Part shown: positions 1-10,599 of the stretch, piece after piece
How positions within the stretch are numbered: position 1 is the first letter of the stretch
How the letters are laid out: every line of letters begins with the position of its first letter
DNA from: Ranitomeya imitator
Lineage: Eukaryota
Direction of reading: 5' to 3'
NCBI RefSeq assembly: GCF_032444005.1
Contig: NC_091287.1
Span: 554,528,001-554,592,000 of the forward strand
Length of the DNA stretch: 64,000 bases
Notes under the pieces: model-generated
The model's input: only the letters and a program-made list of their open reading frames with translations
The model's database searches: none
Told to the model about the DNA's origin: nothing
Translations under genes and position numbers: made by a program

Positions 1-611
1 AATGCTCTGACTGTAGGCACATCCCAATAAATAGAAAAAAAATGAGAGATAACTGAGATGTAACGTGCAGAAACTTCTTTATTCAATATTGATAATATTT
101 TTAATATTCTATAGAATTTGTTTAAAGGAGCTTTCTACCATTTTGCCGTCTAACTATAAAACTACAGAGATTTTTCCATCCATCGGTAGGGTGCTCCATG
201 ATAAAGATTGTCGGAGCACTAGACTTCCCCTTTCCTACGAAACGTATCCTCGCACAGTGAGATAACTGGTATCCTTCCAGTAGTTTTGGCAATAGAGTTC
301 AGCAAATCTTCTGAAATTTTATTCGGTCGGTTTGCTCAATTTAGGGGACAAATTTGATCCCCATTGTGTAAATTTGATGCAAAATGAATCTCCTATGAAT
401 TGGTTTAAAAAAAATCCTTTTCACTCTCCTTCCTTGCATCTGTCCCACCACCACTGTTCCTCTGATTGACTCTTCTATCCTTTGGCCGGGTTTTTCGTTC
501 TAGTGGCTTCATGCCATCACGTGGGCTGTGGTGCATGTCACTGAGGGCATTGAAAAATATAGTAAACAGAAGATTAAATAGCCAATTGAAGGTCTGACAA
601 GTGTACAGCTC

Positions 612-3600
612 TGTGCCTCAACTCTGATGTGTAACCACTAAGTTTTATGCTTTAACTCTGATATGTAACCACTAAATTTTGTGCCTCAACTCTGATGTGT
701 AACCACCAAGTTTTGCGCGTTAACTCTGATGTGCAACCACTAATTTTTGTGCCTTAACTCTGATGTGCAACCACTGATTTTTGTGCCTTAACTCTGATGT
801 GTAACCACTAAGTTTTGTGCCTCAACTCTGATGTGTAACCACTAAGTTTTGTGCCTCAACTCTGATGTGTAAACACTAATTTTTGTTTCTCAACTCTGAT
901 ATGCAACCGCTAAGTTGTGTGCCTTAACTCTGTTGTGCAACCACAAATTTTTGTGCCTTAACTCTAATGTACAACCACCAAGTTTTGTGCCTTAACTCTG
1001 ATGTGCAACCACTAATTTTTGTGCCTTAAATCTGATGTGTAACTACTAAGTTTTGTGCCTTAACTCTGATGTGCAACCACTAATTTTTGTGCCTTAACTC
1101 TGATGTGTAACCACTAAGTTTTGTGCCTTAACTCTGATGTGCAACAACTAATTATTGTGCCTTAACTCTGATGTGCAACCACTAATTTTTGTGCCTTAAC
1201 TCTGATGTGCAACCACTGATTTTTGCGCCTTAACTCTGATGTGTAACCACTAATTTTTGTGCCTTAACTCTGATGTGCAACCACTAATTTTTGTGCCTTA
1301 ACTCTGATGTGTAACCACTAAGTTTTGTGCCTCAACTCTGATGAGTAACCAATAAGTTTTGTGCCTCAACTCTGATGTGAAACCGCTAAGTTTTGTGCCT
1401 TAACTCTGATGTGCAACCACTAATTTTTGTGCCTTAACTCTGATGTGTAACCACTAAGTTTTGTGCCTTAACTCTGTTGTGCAACCACTAATTTTTGTGC
1501 CTTAACTCTGATGTGCAACCACTAATTTTTGTGCCTTAACTCTGATGTGTAACCACTAAGTTTTGTGCCTTAACTCTGATGTGCAACCACTAATTTTTGT
1601 GCCTTAACTCTGATGAGTAACCAATAAGTTTTGTGCCTCAACTCTGATGTGTAACCGCTAAGTTTTGTGCCTTAACTCTGATGTGCAACCACTAATTTTT
1701 GTGCCTTAACTCTGATGTGTAACCACTAAGTTTTGTGCCTTAACTCTGTTGTGCAACCACTAATTTTTGTGCCTTAACTCTGATGTGCAACCACTAATTT
1801 TTGTGCCTTAAATCTGATGTGCAACCACTGATTTTTGTGCCTTAACTCTGATGTGTAACCGCTAAGTTGTGTGCCTTAACTCTGTTGTGCAACCACCAAG
1901 TTTTGTGCCTTAACTCTGATGTGCAACCACTAATTTTTGTGCCTTAAATCTGATGTGTAACTACTACTAAGTTTTGTGCCTTAACTCTGATGTGCAACCA
2001 CTATTTTTTTGTGCCTTAACTCTGATGTGCAACCACTAAGTTTTGTGCCTTAACTCTGATATGCAACAACTAATTTTTGTGCCTTAACTCTGATGTGCAA
2101 CCACTGATTTTTGTGCCTTAACTCTGATGTGTAACCGCTAAGTTCTGTGCCTTAACTCTGTTGTGCAACCACCAAGTTTTGTGCCTTAACTCTGATGTGC
2201 AACCACTAATTTTTGTGCCTTAAATCTGATGTGTAACTACTACTAAGTTTTGTGCCTTAACTCTGATGTGCAACCACTATTTTTTGTGCCTTAACTCTGA
2301 TGTGTAACCACTAAGTTTTGTGCCTTAACTCTGATATGCAACAACTAATTTTTGTGCCTTAACTCTGATGTGCAGCCACTAATTTTTGTGCCTTAACTCT
2401 GATGTGCAACCACTGATTTTTGTGCCTTAACTCTGATGTGTAACCACTAATTTTTGTGCCTTAACTCTGATGTGCAACCACTAATTTTTGTGCCTTAACT
2501 CTGATGTGTAACCACTAAGTTTTGTGCCTTAACTCTGATATGCAACAACTAATTATTGTGCCTTAACTCTGATGTGCAACCACTAATTTTTGTGCCTTAA
2601 CTCTGATGTGCAACCACTGATTTTTGCGCCTTAACTCTGATGTGTAACCACTAATTTTCGTGCCTTAACTCTGATGTGCAACCACTAATTTTTGTGCCTT
2701 AACTCTGATGTGTAACCACTAAGTTTTGTGCCTCAACTCTGATGAGTAACCAATAAGTTTTGTGCCTCAACTCTGATGTGTAACCGCTAAGTTTTGTGCC
2801 TTAACTCTGATGTGCAACCACTAATTTTTGTGCCTTAACTCTGATGTGTAACCACTAAGTTTTGTGCCTTAACTCTGATATGCAACCACTAATTTTTGTG
2901 CCTTAACTCAGATGTGCAACCACTAATTTTTGTGCCTTAACTCTGATGTGCATCCACTGATTTTTGTGCATTAACTCTGATGTGTAACCGCTAAGTTGTG
3001 TGCCTTAACTCTGTTGTGCAACCACTAATTTTTGTGCCTTAAATCTGATGTGCAACCACTGATTTTTGTGCCTTAACTCTGATGTGTAACCGCTAAGTTG
3101 TGTGCCTTAACTCTGTTGTGCAACCACCAAGTTTTGTGCCTTAACTCTGATGTGCAACCACTAATTTTTGTGCCTTAAATCTGATGTGTAACTACTACTA
3201 AGTTTTGTGCCTTAACTCTGATGTGCAACCACTATTTTTTGTGCCTTAACTCTGATGTGCAACCACTAAGTTTTGTGCCTTAACTCTGATATGCAACAAC
3301 TAATTTTTGTGCCTTAACTCTGATGTGCAACCACTGATTTTTGTGCCTCAACTCTGATGTGTAACCGCTAAGTTGTGTGCCTTAACTCTGTTGTGCAACC
3401 ACCAAGTTTTGTGCCTTAACTCTGATGTGCAACCACTAATTTTTGTGCCTTAAATCTGATGTGTAACTACTACTAAGTTTTGTGCCTTAACTCTGATGTG
3501 CAACCACTATTTTTTGTGCCTTAACTCTGATGTGTAACCACTAAGTTTTGTGCCTTAACTCTGATATGCAACAACTAATTTTTGTGCCTTAACTCTGATG

Positions 3601-3844
3601 TGCAGCCACTAATTTTTGTGCCTTAACTCTGATGTGCAACCACTGATTTTTGTGCCTTAACTCTGATGTGTAACCACTAATTTTTGTGCCTTAACTCTGA
3701 TGTGCAACCACTAATTTTTGTGCCTTAACTCTGATGTGTAACCACTAAGTTTTGTGCCTCAACTCTGATGAGTAGCCACTAAGTTTTGTGCCTCAACTCT
3801 GATGTGTAACCGCTAAGTTTTGTGCCTTAACTCTGATGTGTAAC
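612..3844. repeat. 34-bp satellite array, left part (~95 units)
   Basis: Head-to-tail unit AACTCTGATGTG(T/C)AACCACTAA(G/T)TTTTGTGCCT(T/C); GTGCC recurs at 783 and 817 (period 34). Interrupted by E1 and resumes at 9643. Confidence 0.97.
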
Positions 3845-3845
3845 T

Positions 3846-4648
3846 TGTTGTGAATTCTGTGGCAGAGCTCCCTCCTGTGGTCACAAGTGGTACTTCGGCT
3901 GATTCTCTCTGTGAGCTTCTGTTGGTGGAGGGAAGTGGTACTGCGGCTTCTGAGTTTCCTCCCTCAGGTGATCTGGTGAGGTCGTTTGGTGCTTCTCTAC
4001 TTAACTCCACCTAATGCTTTGATCCTGGCTTCCTGTCAATGTTCCAGTGTTGGACTTGCTTTTCCCTGGATCATTCCTGTGGCCTGCTGCTCTGCATAGC
4101 TAAGTTCTTCTTTGCTATTTGTTTGCTATTTTTTCTGTCCAGCTTGTCTAATTTGTTGCTGGAAGCTCTGGGACGCAAAGGGTGTACCTCCGTGCCGTTA
4201 GTTCGGTACGGAGGGTCTTTTTGCCCCCTTTGCGTGGTTTTCTTTAGGGTTTTGTGTAGACCGCAAAGTTACCTTTTCTATGCTCGTTCTGTTAAGAAAG
4301 TCGGGCCTCACTTTGCTGAATCTATTTCATCTCTACGTTTGTCTTTTCATCTTAACTCACAGTCATTATATGTGGGGGGCTGCCTTTTCCTTTGGGGTAT
4401 TTCTCTGAGGCAAGGTAGGCTTATTTTCTATCTTCAGGCTAGTTAGTTTCTCAGGCTGTGCCGAGTTGCATAGGCAGAGTTAGGCGCAATCCACGGCTGC
4501 CTCTAGTGTGGTTTGGAGAGGATTAGGGATTGCGGTCTGCAGAGTTCCCACGTCTCAGAGCTCGTTCTATGATTTTGGGTTATTGTCAGATCACTGTATG
4601 TGCTCTGACCGCTATGTCCATTGTAGTACTGAATTGCCTTACATAACA
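3846..4648 (+). repeat. E1 5' LTR
   Basis: Direct repeat of 8840-9642; TG...CA termini. Confidence 0.98.
3998..4036 (+). promoter_or_regulatory. E1 putative TATA-like box (TACTTAA 3998-4004) and predicted transcript 5' end/self-primer (GGCTTCCTGT 4027-4036)
   Basis: 4027-4036 is the reverse complement of the PBS at 4651-4660; AT-rich box 29 nt upstream; same geometry in E2. Confidence 0.7.
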
Positions 4649-4660
4649 GTACAGGAAGCC
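4649..4660 (+). promoter_or_regulatory. E1 primer-binding site, self-priming type (GT-ACAGGAAGCC)
   Basis: No TGG (tRNA CCA complement); 10/10 complementary to 4027-4036. Confidence 0.8.
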
Positions 4661-4670
4661 CAAAGTACTA

Positions 4671-7600
4671 ATGATTCTCAATAGAGGGAAAAAAGAAGAC
4701 CATTTTTTTTTTCTTTGTACTGTGTTTTGCCTTTTTTTTCCCCTAGACATTTGGGTGGTTCAGTACACAGGTGTAGCGATGGACATTAGAAGTCTGTCTT
4801 CATTTGTGGATCAGCTCTCGGCAAGTGTACAAAAGATTCAAGACACTATTGATCAGAAATCTATGTTAGAACCAAGAATTCCTATTCCTGATTTGTTTTT
4901 TGGAAATAGAACTAAGTTTCTGAGTTTCAAAAATAATTGTAAATTATTTCTGGCCTTGAAACCTCGCTCCTCTGGTGATCCAGTTCAACAGGTTTTGATT
5001 GTTATTTCTTTTTTGCGCAGCGACCCTCAGGACTGGGCGTTTTCTCTTGCGCCAGGAGATCCTGCATTGAGTGATATCGATGCGTTTTTCCTGGCGCTCG
5101 GATTGCTGTACGATGAACCTAATTCAGTGGATCAGGCAGAGAAAAATTTGCTGGCTCTTTGTCAGGGTCAGGATGAGATAGAGGTATATTGTCAGAAATT
5201 TGGAAAGTGGTCCGTGCTCACTCAATGGAATGAATCTGCGCTGGCAGCTATGTTCAGAAAGGGTCTCTCTGAAGCCCTTAAGGATGTCATGGTGGGATTT
5301 CCTATGCCTGCTGGTTTGAATGAGTCTATGTCTTTGGCCATTCAGATCGGTCGACGCTTGCGTCAGCGTAAATCTGTGCACCATTTGGCGGTATTACCTG
5401 AGCTTAAACCTGAGCCTATGCAGTGCGATAGGACTTTGACCAGAGTTGAACGGCAAGAACACAGACGTCTGAATGGGCTGTGTTTCTACTGTGGTGATTC
5501 CACTCATGCTATCTCTGATTGTCCTAAGCACACTAAGCGGTTCGCTAGGTCTGCCACCATTGGTACAGTACAGTCAAAATTCCTTCTGTCCGTTACCTTG
5601 ATCTGTTCTTTGTCATCGTATTCTGTCATGGCATTTGTGGATTCAGGCGCTGCCCTGAATTTGATGGACTTGGAGTATGCTAAGCGTTGTGGGTTTCTCT
5701 TAGAACCCTTGCAGTGTCCTATTCCATTGAGAGGAATTGATGCCACGCCTTTGGCCAAGAATAAGCCTCAATACTGGACCCAGCTGACCATGTGCATGGC
5801 TCCTGCACATCAGGAGGTTATTCGCTTTCTGGTGTTGCATAATCTGCATGATGTGGTCGTGTTGGGGTTGCCATGGCTACAAGCCCATAATCCAGTATTA
5901 GATTGGAAATCCATGTCGGTGTCCAGCTGGGGTTGTCAGGGGGTACATGGTGATGTTCCATTTCTGTCAATTTCGTCATCCACCCCTTCTGAGGTTCCAG
6001 AGTTCTTGTCTGATTACCGGGATGTATTTGATGAGCCCAAGTCCGATGCCCTACCTCCGCATAGGGATTGTGATTGTGCTACCAATTTGATTCCTGGTAG
6101 TAAATTCCCAAAAGGTCGACTGTTTAAATTATCCGTGCCTGAGCACGCCGCTATGTGCAGTTATGTGAAGGAATCCCTGGAGAAGGGGCATATTCGCCCG
6201 TCATCGTCACCATTAGGAGCAGGGTTCTTTTTTGTAGCCAAGAAGGATGGTTCGCTGAGACCTTGTATTGATTACCGCCTTCTAAATAAAATCACGGTCA
6301 AATTTCAGTACCCCTTGCCATTGTTATCTGATTTGTTTGCTCGGATTAAGGGGGCTAGTTGGTTCACCAAGATAGATCTTAATGGTGCGTATAATCTGGT
6401 GCGTATCAGGCGAGGAGATGAATGGAAAACTGCATTTAATACGCCCGAGGGTCATTTTGAGTATCTAGTGATGCCATTCGGACTTGCCAATTCTCCATCA
6501 GTGTTTCAGTCCTTTATGCATGACATCTTCCGAGAGTAGCTGAATAAATTCCTGATTGTGTACTTGGATGACATTTTGATCTTCTCGGATGATTGGGAGT
6601 CTCATGTGACGCAGGTCAGAACAGTTTTTCAGGTCCTGCGTGCTAATTCTTTGTTTGTGAAGGGATCAAAGTGTCTCTTTGGTGTGCAGAAGGTTTCATT
6701 TTTGGGGTTCATCTTTTCCCCTTCTACTATCGAGATGGATCCTGTTAAGGTCCAAGCCATCCATGATTGGACTCAGCCGACATCTCTGAAAAGTCTGCAA
6801 AAGTTCCTGGGCTTTGCTAATTTTTATCGTCGCTTCATCTGCAATTTTTCTAGTATTGCCAAACCATTGACCGATTTGACCAAGAAGGGTGCTGATTTGG
6901 TCAATTGGTCTTCTACTGCTGTGGAAGCTTTTCAAGAGTTGAAGCGTCGTTTTTCTTATGCCCCTGTGTTGTGTCAACCAGATGTTTCTCTTCCGTTCCA
7001 GGTCGAGGTTGATGCTTCTGAGATTGGAGCAGGGGCTGTTTTGTCGCAGAGAGCTTCTGATTGCTCAGTGATGAAACCATGCGCTTTTTTTTCCAGGAAG
7101 TTTTCGCCTGCTGAGCGAAATTATGATGTGGGCAACCGAGAGTTGCTGGCCATGAAGTGGGCATTCGAGGAGTGGCGTCATTGGCTTGAAGGAGCTAAGC
7201 ATCGCGTGGTGGTATTGACTGATCATAAGAACTTGACTTATCTTGAGTCTGCTAAGCGGTTGAATCCTAGACAGGCTCGTTGGTCGCTGTTTTTTGCCCG
7301 TTTTGACTTTGTGATTTCGTAACTTCCGGGCTCTAAAAAGGTGAAGGCGGATGCTCTGTTTAGGAGTTTTGTGGCCGACTCTCCGGGTTTGTCTGAGCCG
7401 GCGGGTATCCTCAAGGAAGGAGTAATTGTGTCTGCCATCTCCCCTGATTTGCGGCGGGTGCTGCAAAAATTTCAGGCTAATAAACCTGATCGTTATCCAG
7501 CGGAGAGACTGTTTGTCCCTGATAGGTGGACCAATAAAGTTATCTCTGAGGTTCATTGTTCGGTGTTGGCTGGTCATCCTGGAATCTTTGGTACCAGAGA

Positions 7601-9008
7601 GTTAGTGGCTAGATCCTTTTGGTGGCCGTCTCTGTCGCGGGATGTGCGTGCTTTTGTGCAGTCCTGTGGGATTTGTGCTCGGGCTAAGCCCTGCTGTTCT
7701 CGTGCCAGTGGGTTGCTTTTACCCTTGCCGGTCCCGAAGAGGCCTTGGACACATATCTCTATGGATTTTATTTCTGATCTTTCCGTTTCTCAAAAGATGT
7801 CAGTCATTTGGGTGGTCTGTGATCGCTTTTCTAAGATGGTCCATCTGGTACCCTTATCTAAATTGCCTTCCTCCTCTGATTTGGTGCCATTGTTCTTCCA
7901 GCATGTGGTTCGTTTACATGGCATTCCAGAGAATATCGTTTCTGACAGAGGTTCCCAGTTTGTTTCAAGGTTTTGGCGAGCCTTTTGTGGTAGGATGGGC
8001 ATTGACTTGTCTTTTTCCTCGGCTTTCCATCCTCAGACTAATGGCCAGACCGAACGAACCAATCAGACCTTGGAAACATATCTGAGATGCTTTGTTTCTG
8101 CCGATCAGGATGACTGGGTGTCCTTTTTGCCTTTGGCTGAGTTCGCCCTTAATATTCGGGCCAGCTCGGCTACCTTGGTTTCGCCATTTTTCTGCAATTC
8201 TGGGTTCCATCCTCGTTTCTCTTCAGGACAGGTTGAGTCTTCGGACTGTCCTGGTGTGGATACTGTGGTGGACAGGTTGCAGCAGATTTGGACTCAGGTA
8301 GTGGACAATTTGACCTTGTCCCAGGAGAAGGCTCAACGTTTCGCTAATCGCAGACGCCGTGTGGGTCCCCGACTTCGTGTTGGGGATCTGGTTTGGTTAT
8401 CTTCTCGTCATATTCCTATGAAGGTTTCCTCTCCTAAGTTTAAACCTCGTTTCATTGGTCCGTATAGGATTTCTGAGGTTCTTAATCCTGTGTCTTTTCG
8501 TCTGACCCTTCCAGATTCTTTTTCCATACATAACGTATTCCATAGGTCATTGTTGCGGAGATACGTGGCACCTATGGTTCCATCTGTTGATCCTCCTGCC
8601 CCGATTTTGGTGGAGGGGGAATTGGAGTATATTGTGGAGAAGATTTTGGATTCTCGTGTTTCTAGACGGAAACTCCAGTATCTGGTTAAATGGAAGGGTT
8701 ATGCTCAGGAAGATAATTCCTGGGTTTTTGCCTCTGATGTCCATGCTCCCGATCTTGTTCGTGCCTTTCATGTGGCTCATCCTGGTCGGCCTGGGGGCTC
8801 TGGTGAGGGTTCGGTGACCCCTCCTCAAGGGGAGGGTACTGTTGTGAATTCTGTGGCAGAGCTCCCTCCTGTGGTCACAAGTGGTACTTCGGCTGATTCT
8901 CTCTGTGAGCTTCTGTTGGTGGAGGGAAGTGGTAATGCGGCTTCTGAGTTTCCTCCCTCAGGTGAGCTGGTGAGATCGTTAGGTGCTTCTCTACTTAACT
9001 CCACCTAA
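4671..9008 (+). pseudogene. gag-pol: E1 gag-pol polyprotein, one frame broken by TAG 6537-6539 and TAA 7320-7322
   Basis: ORFs 4671, 6558 and 7341 share a frame. Motifs: CCHC knuckle CFYCGDSTHAISDC, protease FVDSGA, RT YLDD, RNase H DAS/TDHKNL, integrase SMDF/SDRG/QTER, GPY, chromodomain EYIVEKIL...VKWKGY. Both stops align to Tyr codons in E2. Confidence 0.97.
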
Positions 9009-9642
9009 TGCTTTGATCCTGGCTTCCTGTCAATGTTCCAGTGTTGGACTTGCTTTTCCCTGGATCATTCCTGTGGCCTGCTGCTCTGCATAGCTAAGTT
9101 CTTCTTTGCTATTTGTTTGCTATTTTTTCTGTCCAGCTTGTCTAATTTGTTGCTGGAAGCTCTGGGACGCAAAGGGTGTACCTCCGTGCCGTTAGTTCGG
9201 TACGGAGGGTCTTTTTGCCCCCTTTGCGTGGTTTTCTTTAGGGTTTTGTGTAGACCGCAAAGTTACCTTTTCTATCCTCGTTCTGTTAAGAAAGTCGGGC
9301 CTCAATTTGCTGAATCTATTTCATCTCTACGTTTGTCTTTTCATCTTAACTCACAGTCATTATATGTGGGGGGCTGCCTTTTCCTTTGGGGTATTTCTCT
9401 GAGGCAAGGTAGGCTTATTTTCTATCTTCAGGCTAGTTAGTTTCTCAGGCTGTGCCGAGTTGCATAGGCAGAGTTAGGCGCAATCCACAGCTGCCTCTAG
9501 TGTTGTTTGGAGAGGATTAGGGATTGCGGTCTGCAGAGTTCCCACGTCTCAGAGCTCGTTCTATGATTTTGGGTTATTGTCAGATCACTGTATGTGCTCT
9601 GACCGCTATGTCCATTGTAGTACTGAATTCCCTTACATAACA
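8840..9642 (+). repeat. E1 3' LTR
   Basis: Direct repeat of 3846-4648, preceded by PPT plus TAC. Confidence 0.98.
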
Positions 9643-10151
9643 GTAACCACTAAGTTTTGTGCCTTAACTCTGATGTGTAACCGCTAATTTTTGTGCCTCA
9701 ACTGTGATGTGTAACCACTAAGTTTTGTGCCTCAACTCTGATATGCAACCACTATTTTTTGTGCCTCAACTCTGATGTGTAACCGCTAATTTTGGGCCTC
9801 AAATCTGATGTGTAACCGCTAATTTTTGTGCCTCAACTCTGATGTGTAACTGCTAATTTTTGTGCCTCAACTCTGATGAGTAACCACTAAGTTTTGTGCC
9901 TCAATTCTGATGTGTAACCATTAAGTTTTGTGCCTCAACTCTGATGTGTAACCACTAAGTTTTGTGCCTCGACTCTGATGTGTAACCACTAACTTTTGTG
10001 CCTCAACTCTGATGTGTAACCGCTAATTTTTGTGCCTCTACTCTGATGAGTAACCACTAAGTTTTGTGCCTCAACTCTGATGTATAACCATTAAGTTTTG
10101 TGCCTCAACTCTGATGTGTAACCGCTAAGTTTTGTGCATCGACTCTGATGT
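9643..10151. repeat. 34-bp satellite array, right part (~15 units)
   Basis: Same unit as 612-3844, resuming in register after the TSD. Confidence 0.95.
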
Positions 10152-10599
10152 GGCTAAATTTAGCACTGCACTTTCCCAATAACATTTCAATATAAATAGT
10201 ACAATAGCAGCAGAAAGGTGTTTTACATATGTACAATACTGATTACATCAATATCACAACGAGAAATACAGAAAAGGGGTTGAATGAGACACTGTACATT
10301 GCAACCCCTTACAGTCTCACAAAAGATTTATAGGAAAATACCATGTTATTGGGATCTTGGAATGTTGTCTCTCTTTTTATACAATCCAAAATCTTATCTG
10401 CTTTTGCAGCTGCTGCTTGACATTGAGTTGCTTAGCTCAGCTGTGACCCGAATACCCGAGATCTTCTGCTGCCCCCAGTTTGTTCCATTCCATGTATATA
10501 CAGGATATATATCAAATGACATGAAATATTTGCCTTTTCTTCAGTCCAGATGGTTCAGGACCCTCAGTCTTGCGTTGACTGTCTTATAAGTAGGTGAAC

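Larger units (their letters stand above)
3846..9642 (+). mobile_element. Full-length Ty3/Gypsy chromovirus LTR retrotransposon (E1), inactivated by two nonsense mutations
   Basis: 803-bp LTRs at 3846-4648 and 8840-9642 (TGTTGTG...CATAACA, 9 substitutions counted); PPT AAGGGGAGGG 8827-8836; GTAAC duplicated on both sides; gag-PR-RT-RH-IN-chromodomain order. Confidence 0.98.

Noticed and set aside
1-420. Possible LINE remnant and 66-aa ORF at the window start
   Set aside because: No diagnostic motif recoverable in any frame.
612-3844. 34- and 35-bp arrays as CRISPR
   Set aside because: Units are head-to-tail with no unique spacers, no cas genes, and the context is eukaryotic.
4039-4446. 135-aa ORF in both E1 LTRs
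   Set aside because: Not preserved in the homologous E2 LTR; composition reflects T-rich LTR sequence.
4649-4670. tRNA-type PBS
   Set aside because: No TGG start, and self-complementarity with covariation explains the site; a tRNA-fragment search was not run.
5124-8828. Antisense and alternate-frame ORFs inside E1 and E2
   Set aside because: Shadows of gag-pol; boundaries differ between the two elements.
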